Both the position numbers and the translations under genes were made by a program. This document shows positions 51,778 through 62,400 of a stretch of DNA of 64,000 bases, one piece after another. The notes beneath the pieces were generated by a model. It saw only the letters and a list, made by a program, of their open reading frames with translations, did no database searches and was not told where the DNA came from. This DNA is from Candidatus Poribacteria bacterium (lineage in GTDB: Bacteria > Poribacteria > WGA-4E > UBA9662). The DNA lies in assembly GCA_046582655.1 (NCBI GenBank), contig JAYGDX010000208.1, positions 1 to 64,000 of the forward strand, given 5' to 3'. How positions within the stretch are numbered: the stretch's first letter is position 1; every line of letters begins with the position of its first letter.

Positions 51778-54700
51778 ATGCCAACGATTCGAATTTTACC
51801 AATCCTTATCTTAGTTTTCGTTGGTTCCGCAAACGCTGTTACCGTTTCCTTGCGCGGCAATGAATCTCAAAGCTCGACTTTTAAAACGCAGATTGGCGAA
51901 CTGTTTAAGGTTGATATTTTTGTTGAACCGAAAGGTAAATCAATTGCTGGATTTTCCATATTTCTTTCTTTTGACAATCAATTTCTTGACATAGTTGATT
52001 CGGATCCTGTTAGGGTGGGAACGCAACCGGTGAAAATAAGCCGAGAGGTTCCGGAAAACTGGAGGGTGTTCGATAACGATACCCATGCTGATCCAGGTAA
52101 TGGCATAGATCTATTTCAAATTGACTACGTCCAAACCTCAATTGGCGGTGGCGATTTGATCACAGATCCGACTGTTATTGGACAACTAACCTTCAAACCT
52201 AGTCTAGCAACATCATCGACTTCCATAGTGTTCGATGCCGACATATCTATATCGCGTGTTACTGAGATTACCTTTGTCAATGCGGAGAACAATCAACAGC
52301 AAGCCGCATTCTCAAAAGTGTCGCCTGCTGTGATATCAGTCGGTGGTGGACCGTTGCTTACTAAGACTTTCCCCCCAATTCGTCTTTTGTTAGGGGAAAG
52401 CGATAAGTCACTTAATCTCAATGATTACGTCACCGATTCTAACGACTCTAATGATCTTCTCACATGGTCAGCTGAAGGTGACCACATAGCGATTGAGATT
52501 AATCAGTCAACGCATCTAGCAATACTTTCCGTCAGTGATAAGTTTGTTGGCACAACCGAAGTACTATTTACGGTAAAAGACCCCAAAGGTAATAGCGCTT
52601 TTGGCATAGCACAGGTCATGGTTGTGTCGGCCCCCCAAATTTTGCCGTTTCCAAAGATTAATTCTCGGGTTGGAAAAACTAAGTCGATTAATCTTGGTAA
52701 TTATGTGGTTGATCATGATTCGCCAGATCTTAAAGGTTTAAGTTGGGAAATTAGTCAGGGATCAAAGCTCCTCGATCTCAACTTAAGCCGTGGTATCCTG
52801 ACTGTGCGTGGTAAAGTAATACAAATTGATCCAGCTGTAGCAATTGCTTTGAAGGCAACTGACGCAGATCAACACAGTACCATAGCGCCACTTTTTATCT
52901 CCATTTTTTCAGATCAGGAGGCGTTAGTAATCAAAGAAATACCGGAGGTCATTGTAACCAATGTGGGGCAAATGATTACGCCAGTCACGGGTATAATACT
53001 TGACGATTATGTTTTCGATATTGAATTTCCTTCCAATCGCATGAGTTGGACATTCGATCAAAGTCAGAATTTGGTACTTGACATTAATCTGGAAAGCCGA
53101 AGATTCCATATATTGAAATCGAAAAATGGTTGGATTGGTACCGAGAAGGTAACGCTCCGCGCGACTAATCCAAGTGGGAAGGCAGTTGCCACTTCAATAG
53201 ATGTAAGAGTAATCGAAGCTGGTGCACCTCCAATTCTATCTGAAATTCCTGCTATGAAACTGCTAGTTAATGATGGAAGTAAGGTTGCGGAAAATCTGAA
53301 AACTCTTCAACTTAATTTAAAGAAGTATGTTTTAGACTATAACCATACTCCTAAAGAGATGAAATGGGAATCTAGTGATCATCAATTAGTTAAGGTCAAC
53401 ATTAATCCACAGGGAATAGCAACAATCTCTGCTGATCAAGAAACAACAGAGATGATCAGAGTCTACGCTGTAGATCCAGACGGGAATCGGGACAGTACTA
53501 GATTCATCGTCACAGTTATTAACCCGGCTACACCCACTATTAAAGCTTTGCCTGCAATTCGGCTCAGGTCGGGTGAAAGCATCCAACCATTTGATCTTGA
53601 TGATTTTGTAACAGATATCTTTACACCGGATGAACGGATCATATGGAAATCTGAAGGTTTTGATCCAAGGAACCTACTTGTTGAGATTGATAAGCAAAGA
53701 CGAGTGAAATTTACGGCTAAATCGACATGGCACGGCACAGAAACTGTCAAGTTGACAGCAACCAACGAAGCAACCTTATTTCAAACTGTGCCAATTAGCG
53801 TAGTTGGCACGGCTAGACCGAAAATCACCTTTAAAACTGACAAACTCGAGATTGGTGAAGGGTGGCGAGTCATAATTAATCTGGACACAATTGTTAATGA
53901 TCCGGATACTGAGAAAGATAAACTCAATTGGAAAATCGAACCGATTAAAATCTTATCGGCTCTCGTTAATCCAGTCAGCCGAACCTTAGTTATTGAAGCA
54001 CCGAAAAAATCAGCAGGCAATTACAAATTGAACCTCTCCGTTATCGATCCGGACGATAATAATGACGCAGCCCCTTTTTCGGTAGCAGTCGTTAATTATA
54101 GCAAGTCAAAGCCAGTAATTACTGAACTCAACAAAATCTCCTTCCGGAGCGATCAGACATATTCACTTCCATTGGATAAAGTTATCGTTGATAAGGATAC
54201 ACAGCTCGACCGAATCGCTTGGAGGATATTGGGTAATAAAAAAGTCAAGGTAAGTATCGATCCGGGGAGACAGATATCTTTCTCGGCTCTTTCCAAGGAT
54301 TTCGAAGGGACAGAACTAATTACCTTGATAGCAACAGATCCGGAGGAGCAATCGGATCAAAAAAGTGTTCTTATTACTGTCGTTCTACCACCGCAAACAC
54401 CTATAATTAAAGAATTTCCGGAAATCAATATTCACCAAAAAGAGATAGATAACAGTCTTAAGTTGCCAGATTACGTTTCGGATCGTGACACACCGTTTGA
54501 AAAACTCAAGTTCACAATTGTCAACCAAGTTCATACTGCCGTTAAGCTCGATTTGGAATCGAAGACTTTGGTTATTACTTCTGCCGACAAAGAAGTGGGT
54601 AAGGAGGAAGTAACGTTGGTGGCGGAAGATCCTGAAAAGAATCGGGCAAGTCAAACAATTGTCATTAATGTTGCCAAATCTCCGCCTATTGAACCGCCCA

Positions 54701-56214
54701 CGTTGCTAGAGTTTCCTGTGCTGTCTATTAAGCTATCCGAGTTGCTGGACGCTAAACCATTTACTATAAAACTTGATGATTTTGTTCAGGACAAAGACAC
54801 AGATAAGAAAAGTCTAAACTGGAGTATCAATGAAGGATCGGATAATGTCAAAGGAGAGATTGAATCGAAAACTCGGGTCGCGACAATTACGATTCTTAAA
54901 AAAGATTTTACTGGGGATGAAGGATTATCGATCAAAGTCAGCGATCCAGAAGGGAAAGAGGCCAAAGGCAAAATTCAGGTGACCGTGATTGATGATAGTC
55001 CCAAGCCCCCCCAAATTGTTGATTTGCCAAGTCAGATCACCTTCAAATGCGGTATTCCAGAGGTGTCCCTAGATCTTAGTAAGTACGTGAAGGATCCGGA
55101 TAGCCCAATGGACAGCCTAAAACTAACATTGAGTTCAGAGTCAAAAAAGATATTGATTGAGGATATAGATCCATTATCGCAAATCGTTAAAATTGCACCG
55201 GTATCGGATTTTACTGGAGCTGAAGTTCTTACCTTTACTGTCACAGACCCAGGTGGGTTAACTGCTACAGATCAGTTACCTGTCTTCATTGAGGCGACTG
55301 GTGTTGATAGCAATCCGCCTGTTTTACCTGCTTCGATATCAATTGAAATCACGCCAGACAAACCTCAATCTGTCAATCTAAATGAAATAGTCTTTGACGC
55401 TGACACTCCAACATCGCGGATTAGTTGGTCTTGGGAAAGTAACGAGAAATTTGACTTTGAGGTCAACGAGGAAACAAAAATCGGACAACTCACGCTCAAA
55501 AACATGTATCAAGACTTCCGTGGTACTGAATCAATTCCGTTATCAGCAGAAGATCAGGAATGTGGAAGTGCTTCAACTATACTGAGAGTCACAGTTCTGG
55601 ATCCTCCGGATACAACACCTCCGAGTTTCACAATTTACTTACTGCCGAATCCCATTCAACCCGATTTTTTGACTGTAAACGTACAAGCATCCGAGCAACT
55701 CAAAACAAGACCTAAACTGAAGATCAACGATGAAAACGTGCCCATTCAGCCGAACGGAGATGTGCCACTAACATGGAGTAGTATCTACATCGTGCCGAAA
55801 GACTTCGTAGGATTGATTGAATTCATCGTCACCGGTGAAGATACCGCAGGGTTAAGCAAGACAGAATCAAAAATCCTTGAACGCAGCGCGTTACCATCAG
55901 CACCTAAAGAACCACGGGTAAGATTGACAAAACTGTTCCCGAACTATCCAAATCCGTTTAATCCTGAAACTTGGATTCCCTACCAGCTAGCTGAATCATC
56001 AAATGTGATAATCAAAATATACTCCGATTCTGGATTCTTAGTTAGGGAGCTCAACCTCGGGTATCAACATGCTGGATGCTACATTGACCGCAACAAGGCT
56101 ATCCACTGGGATGGTCGAAACAGTTTGGGGGAAGTTGTCGCCGCCGGTCTTTATTTCTATCAACTGATAGCTGATGACTTCACCAAAACTCGACCTGCCT
56201 TGATTGTTAAGTGA
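51778..56214 (+). CDS. Giant secreted protein: N-terminal cohesin-like domain, about 11 cadherin/Ig-like repeats, NYPNPFNP C-terminal domain
   Basis: Signal peptide; repeated LxDYVxDxD...LxW...GTExxTxxxxDPxG units; LFPNYPNPFNPETWIPYQL...HWDGRN...GLYFY tail. Confidence 0.85.
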   Translation: MPTIRILPILILVFVGSANAVTVSLRGNESQSSTFKTQIGELFKVDIFVEPKGKSIAGFSIFLSFDNQFLDIVDSDPVRVGTQPVKISREVPENWRVFDNDTHADPGNGIDLFQIDYVQTSIGGGDLITDPTVIGQLTFKPSLATSSTSIVFDADISISRVTEITFVNAENNQQQAAFSKVSPAVISVGGGPLLTKTFPPIRLLLGESDKSLNLNDYVTDSNDSNDLLTWSAEGDHIAIEINQSTHLAILSVSDKFVGTTEVLFTVKDPKGNSAFGIAQVMVVSAPQILPFPKINSRVGKTKSINLGNYVVDHDSPDLKGLSWEISQGSKLLDLNLSRGILTVRGKVIQIDPAVAIALKATDADQHSTIAPLFISIFSDQEALVIKEIPEVIVTNVGQMITPVTGIILDDYVFDIEFPSNRMSWTFDQSQNLVLDINLESRRFHILKSKNGWIGTEKVTLRATNPSGKAVATSIDVRVIEAGAPPILSEIPAMKLLVNDGSKVAENLKTLQLNLKKYVLDYNHTPKEMKWESSDHQLVKVNINPQGIATISADQETTEMIRVYAVDPDGNRDSTRFIVTVINPATPTIKALPAIRLRSGESIQPFDLDDFVTDIFTPDERIIWKSEGFDPRNLLVEIDKQRRVKFTAKSTWHGTETVKLTATNEATLFQTVPISVVGTARPKITFKTDKLEIGEGWRVIINLDTIVNDPDTEKDKLNWKIEPIKILSALVNPVSRTLVIEAPKKSAGNYKLNLSVIDPDDNNDAAPFSVAVVNYSKSKPVITELNKISFRSDQTYSLPLDKVIVDKDTQLDRIAWRILGNKKVKVSIDPGRQISFSALSKDFEGTELITLIATDPEEQSDQKSVLITVVLPPQTPIIKEFPEINIHQKEIDNSLKLPDYVSDRDTPFEKLKFTIVNQVHTAVKLDLESKTLVITSADKEVGKEEVTLVAEDPEKNRASQTIVINVAKSPPIEPPTLLEFPVLSIKLSELLDAKPFTIKLDDFVQDKDTDKKSLNWSINEGSDNVKGEIESKTRVATITILKKDFTGDEGLSIKVSDPEGKEAKGKIQVTVIDDSPKPPQIVDLPSQITFKCGIPEVSLDLSKYVKDPDSPMDSLKLTLSSESKKILIEDIDPLSQIVKIAPVSDFTGAEVLTFTVTDPGGLTATDQLPVFIEATGVDSNPPVLPASISIEITPDKPQSVNLNEIVFDADTPTSRISWSWESNEKFDFEVNEETKIGQLTLKNMYQDFRGTESIPLSAEDQECGSASTILRVTVLDPPDTTPPSFTIYLLPNPIQPDFLTVNVQASEQLKTRPKLKINDENVPIQPNGDVPLTWSSIYIVPKDFVGLIEFIVTGEDTAGLSKTESKILERSALPSAPKEPRVRLTKLFPNYPNPFNPETWIPYQLAESSNVIIKIYSDSGFLVRELNLGYQHAGCYIDRNKAIHWDGRNSLGEVVAAGLYFYQLIADDFTKTRPALIVK

Positions 56215-56228
56215 TACACCTCCCCAGA

Positions 56229-56257
56229 TTGACATCCCCCTTCATTTTGGATAAAAT
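56229..56257 (+). promoter_or_regulatory. Near-consensus sigma70 promoter
   Basis: TTGACA-N17-TAAAAT. Confidence 0.75.
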
Positions 56258-56444
56258 ATTCAAGTTAAACTGAAAAATTCTCCTGCTAAATTTCTGCAAT
56301 AAGGGGACAGTTGTCCTCAACTTGATTGGGGAATAGCTAAATCCATATAGTAGTAAATGAAGGGTAAAGTAGGAAGTCTCCAATTTTGCTATCCCTATTT
56401 CTAATTTTTTACATCTTCAGTATTATTTAAGATTATCCAGAACC

Positions 56445-59400
56445 ATGTTAGGCTCCAAAAGATTATTTCTAAGTGTCCTTTTTCTTGTTTTGATCCCTTT
56501 TTTTGCATATGCACAGCAAACTCCGGAAACTAGAATTATTAGCGGTGTCAGCGGAACAGTTTCACACGGAGATGTTGTTTTTATGTGGATGGGACAATCT
56601 ACGGATAGACCTATTCTTGGCTATTACTACACCTTGGGAAATGCTGAGCCTGTCTTTACTGATGCAACTCAGGTTACTTTCTTCGATCTGTTCGATGGCA
56701 TTTACTCTTTTTCTATCAGTGCAATTGATATTGATGGGGTTATTGATCCGACACCAGCTTTTGAAAACTTCCAAGTTAGTCGTAACGTCCAACTGGAAGT
56801 TGAATTTAATGGACAGAGCAATTTCGCAAATTACCTTCAGAGCGGCAGAATTCTGCAAGGTATGAGTCTGAATCAGCATGATGACGATTGGTATAAATTT
56901 GATGTTTCCAACGTAGGTGCCATTACTGTCAGTTTAAAACGAGTGGGAGGCACTGGATTAGCTACGGCAAAGATTTATCAAAAGATTGCTTCCGATGCTA
57001 ACAAGATAGCAGAATTTCATATTGATCAGCAGAATGCCCAGCGTCAGATAATGACCATCGGTGTTGCTGAGGGTAGCTATTTTATTCAGATCCAGCCGGG
57101 TATTGTTGATTTCGATTTTACGGGTTATACGCTTGCTGTTTCACCAAACAAACTGGGAGATGGCGTAGCTTGGGATGTTGAAAATAATGATACATTTGCT
57201 GATGCGTCCCCTTTGAAGTTTCCTGCGAATCAGCAACTTACCCTTATCGGCAGTCAAAATAGCATAGGTGATCTCGATTGGTTTACACTTCAGATTTTGC
57301 GACGACAGAAACTCAAGGTTATCTTTGAGCGTCTCGGGGCATCCAGCCAAACAATGACCTATCTATACCGATCACCAGTGGGGAACGAGGTCAGTCGACA
57401 GGTCGGTCTACTGGAAGCGACTACCCTGAACGGGCATTTTGCTCAACTTGAAACCTACGTTGCTCCGGGTAACTACCTCTTCAAAATAGACAATGGGACT
57501 TTCCAAGAAGCTATAAACTATGTTGTTCTGCTCCAGTTGGAAGAAATAGGAGTGGGAATGATCACCGAGTTTGAACCGAATAATATCTCTCCTTTATTGA
57601 ATCCGAACAGTGCTGATCGTATTAGTTTGGGAAAAACGCTTGTCGGGTCAAGTTGGAATGGGAATGAAGACATAGATTGGTTCCAGATCAGCATACCAAA
57701 TCTAGATCGTTTAGATCAGAGTATTCTCCATATTAGTTTTGAGCGTTCGCTAGGAATTGGTTCAACACGATTAGAGGTTTTTAGTCACAGCGGTATCAAA
57801 GTCGGTGAACTGAAGATTTCTGCCCAAAACGATCAAAGCGGTCAACTTTCGGTGCCAGTAAACAACCGGACGCTAATTCTTCGGTTGACTCCAACTCATG
57901 AATCAGCTATGGCAGACTATAGGCTTCGACCAACATTGATCAAATCTGCTCGTCATTTGGCAGAAAAGGCACTGGTCCTAGATGAAAAGTTGATAGTTGA
58001 AGTCAAGTTAAGCCAATCTGTGAGTGCAGCAACTTTTGACCTAATCGGTGATTTCACCTCGCCTTCCGCAGATTTTCGGACGAAAAATATCCCGTTGATT
58101 GCAACAGAATCCTCTGGTAATGACACCGCTCTAACAGGTAGTTACCAAATGTTATTAGGTGATGATGCTACTTCGGTGACTGTTATGGTTAAACTCACGG
58201 ACTCGGATAATCGAATCCTCAATATCAATTTGCCCAATCAGATTGAAATCGATACAACCGTCCCTGAAATTAAGCTTTTAGAACATAATGGACGTGGAGT
58301 TCTTATAGCTGGGGACCAATTGGAAGTTGTGCTTCACGGTGATGTTGAAGATGTAGAAGCCTCTGTCGAAATTATCGATGCTGAAACCGGATTTAAAGCC
58401 GTAAAGATCCCGATGAAACGAATAGATAACAACTGGCAGGCTATCTACCAGGTGAAGCCCAGCGACACCATTAAGAATGGGATTGTTGTCGCCCGGTTAA
58501 CTGATGATGCCGGAAATACGGCAACAGCACAGACCCAGCGACAAGTGAATTTAATAGGGAAATCTCCCAAAATTATATCGGTAGATCACGACGCAGACCT
58601 GCCATTGGGACTTGGTCAAACGTTAACAGTTACAATGGTTGCGACGACTAATGGAACTGCTACGTTTTCGATTAATGACCCAACTTCTATGACCGGCGAT
58701 GGACAAGGCGTTTACGTGGGCAGGTATATTGTGCAGGAAGGGGATCAACTGAAAGACGCAAAGATTAGCATCGGTTTTGTTGATCAAAGCGGTCAAAGGG
58801 TTGACATCGAAGTTTCTAAATCACTGACCATAGACGGCAATTTGCCTGAATCTGTCCGTGTGCTGGAAGCAGTGGATGTGCCAGACGATCAAGGATTTAG
58901 GATACATCTTAAGTGGGAACCTTCTGTCGATCCGACACTTTCACACTATAATGTTTACTTGTCAGACCGACCAATCCGAGAGGTTGGTAAACCCATACTT
59001 GGAAACCTCAAGACAACAAGTACTGTCCTAAGTGTTCCATTAAATAATGTTCCGTTTTACATAGCCATCACGGCTACCGACAGTGTGGGTAACGTGTCTC
59101 GTATATCTGCTGAATCTGTGGTGAATAGAGTCAAGACAATTGACAATCTACCACCTAATCCTGTCGTGCTAGTATCTGCTATCGATACGCCAGATGATGC
59201 GGGCAAGAGTGTTACTGTGTCTTGGACACATCCGAGTTTTGATTCCGATTTTCATAAATATAGAATTTACGCTTCTGAACTATCTCCAACCAATTCCTCC
59301 GCGGTTCTTGAACTCCAATCTGAAATCTTTAACGTCGCCTTAACTTCAGTTGACGTGTCAACTGTTATTGATAACAAAGACCAGTTTTTTTTAGTCACTG

Positions 59401-62400
59401 CTATTGATAAATCTGGCAATGAATCGGCTATTGTTGAGGGTGCCATCTCCGCAGCGACACATTCGACTGCTAATGTTATTTTAGATTCCGATGGATTGCT
59501 TCGTTTTCAGACAGCGCCGATCGGCCTCATTCATTACAATTCTCCCTCTTTCCGATGGAGTTCGTTTCGGTCTGAGACGAAGTACCGTTATCAATTGGAT
59601 CAGCACTCGCCCCGGATCATAAACGCCACCAAACTTCTGCTCAGGGATCTAGCACCAGGTAGTCACCAATTGCGGGTCGAAACCCTAGACGGAAAGCAAT
59701 CGGTAATCAGACGATTTTCTGTTTCTGATTCATTGCTTAGTGAAAACGAGCCCAACAATAATTCTGATCAAGCTAATAATTTGCCACTCAACTGGGAAAT
59801 TCGAGCTGATGCAGCTGATATCGATTTTTATCAGATTCAAGTGGAACATAAGGGGGTCTTAGACATCTATCTCGGTCGAAACATCTCCCCATTAACAATC
59901 ACTGTTTATCGAGGGCAGCAACCTATTGCCGTTGGTCAAGTTCAGCCGAACAAGTTAAGTCCTATCAGCATCGGCGTGTTGCCCGAATCCTATCTAGTAG
60001 TTGTAGAGAATGATAGTCAAGCTGTTAGTCTCTACAGTTTAAGCACGCAGTTTACAATCAGCGAAATGTGGGAAACTGAGCCCAATGATCAGGTTGCTTC
60101 CCCAATGCCAATTGACACTGTCATCAGAGGCTCTCAGACCAGACAAGGAGATCGGGATCTTCATCGGCTTCAGCTGAACCAAGCCGGTTTGCTGGTTGTC
60201 AACGTAACCAGTGAAGATGAGAACCCAAACATGGAACTCATTCTCAAAGATGAGACAGGTGTTGTTGGCCGATCCAAGGAATCTGTCATGACTGCAGAGG
60301 TAAAAAGTGGAACATACTTTTTAGAGATTACTCCCGAAAGCGAATATCGTTTGATAGCCACACTTGTTGAGCGTGCCAATTTCTGGATTGATGATGGAAC
60401 CAAAAACCCACCCAGGAACCTGCTACGATCTGGCGATAGTCTAGTTGTTGATATCAGCTGGCATGGTGAAACCAGTTTTTCACTTGACGGGGTAACATCA
60501 GAGGTCGCACTAAAAAATCCCGCCAGCATCAAGATTCCTAACAATCTGGACATTTCGGATGTGTCAATTGGGGTTACACTGGTAAACAGCCGTCAAAACG
60601 CTATTCATTTTGAACTTTCACCGCCTCTTGAGATTCATACAACTACCCCAAATAGCATTCAAAACCTTGTAGCTTTTGATACGCCGGACGACGCTGGAGG
60701 GAATGTTACGCTGTCATGGGCACGTCCAGGCGACCTAGCTAATCTAGCAGGATACAAAATCTACCTGTTTGATGAAGGTCCAGAAGAAGATCCATCAGCA
60801 TCCAGGCTTGAATCTGAAGTAAATGATCCGTTAATAACCCAAATTAGCATTTCAACGGATGTTGATGACATTGATCTTTTTTTTGCTGTAATCGCTGTGG
60901 ATTTGTACGGCAACGAGTCTAAAATCACAGATTCATCAACCGATGGTCCAGTGCGATCCACCAATAACAAGATGCCACCGAACATTATTTCTGCCCGCCA
61001 TAACGCAACTAAAACTTTGGTTAATGGTGACATTTTAAATGTCGAATTAACTGGTGATAGATCTAAGACTGCTAGTTTCTCAATTACAGGTGTTGTTGAA
61101 AACATAAAGTTGTTTGACGATGGCAAACATGACGATAAAGAAGCTAACGATGGTCATTATGCTGGGAGTTATCAGGTAAAACCGAAAGATCTTGCCATCA
61201 ATACACTGGTTGAAGTGACATTGAATGACGGTAAAGGGAATCATGCGACTCAAGCTGTAGCACCTACGATATCTGTCGATGCAATACCACCGCGAATTAA
61301 AGAATTGGCTCATGATGCTAAAACGCCATTGAAAGCTGGAGATACCCTCAGTATCAGTTTACTTGCTGAATCGAATATAATCGTGAAGTTTGAAATTGTT
61401 GATAAGGACAGAATAGTAATTGACACCAATCGGTTTAGTCTCGTCCAAAACATTCAACTTGAAGACAACCAGAAACCGGATGGGGATAAAGCCTTTACAA
61501 TGCCGATGATAGATTTCCGCTCATCATTGGTTATTCAAGAAGGGGATGATTTAACAGACGGACATGTACGGGCTACGGTGCAGAAACTTACTGGCAAGGC
61601 GATCATTTTGATGTCAACCACGGCGCTGACCGTCGATACAATTTCTCCGGACAAGGTTGCCGATCTGACTGCTGTTGATCGGCCGAGTGATCAAGGGTAT
61701 GTTGTTCGTCTCTCTTGGCAGGCAAATCAAAATTCGGATTTTGACCACTACCGAATCTATCTGAGCAACACCCCAATTTCTCCCTATTCCCTAGAGTCAA
61801 TCAAATTTTTAACTACTAAAACCGAATCTGAAATGGTTAAGGTCGAACAGAATAATGCTGATATTTACTTGGCTGTAACAGCAGTTGATGTAGCAGGTAA
61901 CATCCAACAAGACCTGTCTATGGTAACAACGCAAGCGATTGATAATATTCCGCCGGTACCAGTACAGATTGTTCTAGCAACGGACAGTCCAAACGATTTT
62001 GGAGGTCAGGTAACCTTAGCACTGCGATCGCCTAACTTCGAACCCGATTTTGCTGGTTACCGTGTCTACGTTTCAGGAGATAAGATTGCGGCAACTCAAG
62101 GGTTGAGACCTATTCTGACCATTCCTGATCGAAACCTGGTTAACATAGATGTACCGTCACCAAGTGATAAGCAACCCTATTTTTATGCCATTACAGCTAT
62201 CGATACCTCAGCCAACGAATCGCAACTTAACACCGGTTCTGTGACACTAGCTATTCAATCTGCTAACAACATCGGACGTGAGATAGAAAATCCTGTCCAG
62301 ATTGTCAGTGGACCGATTGGTACTGTACGACGAAAAGCGGTCACTTTCCACCTTTTTAGTATGGCTGAGTCACCAATCGTATTTAGTTTGAATAACCAAC

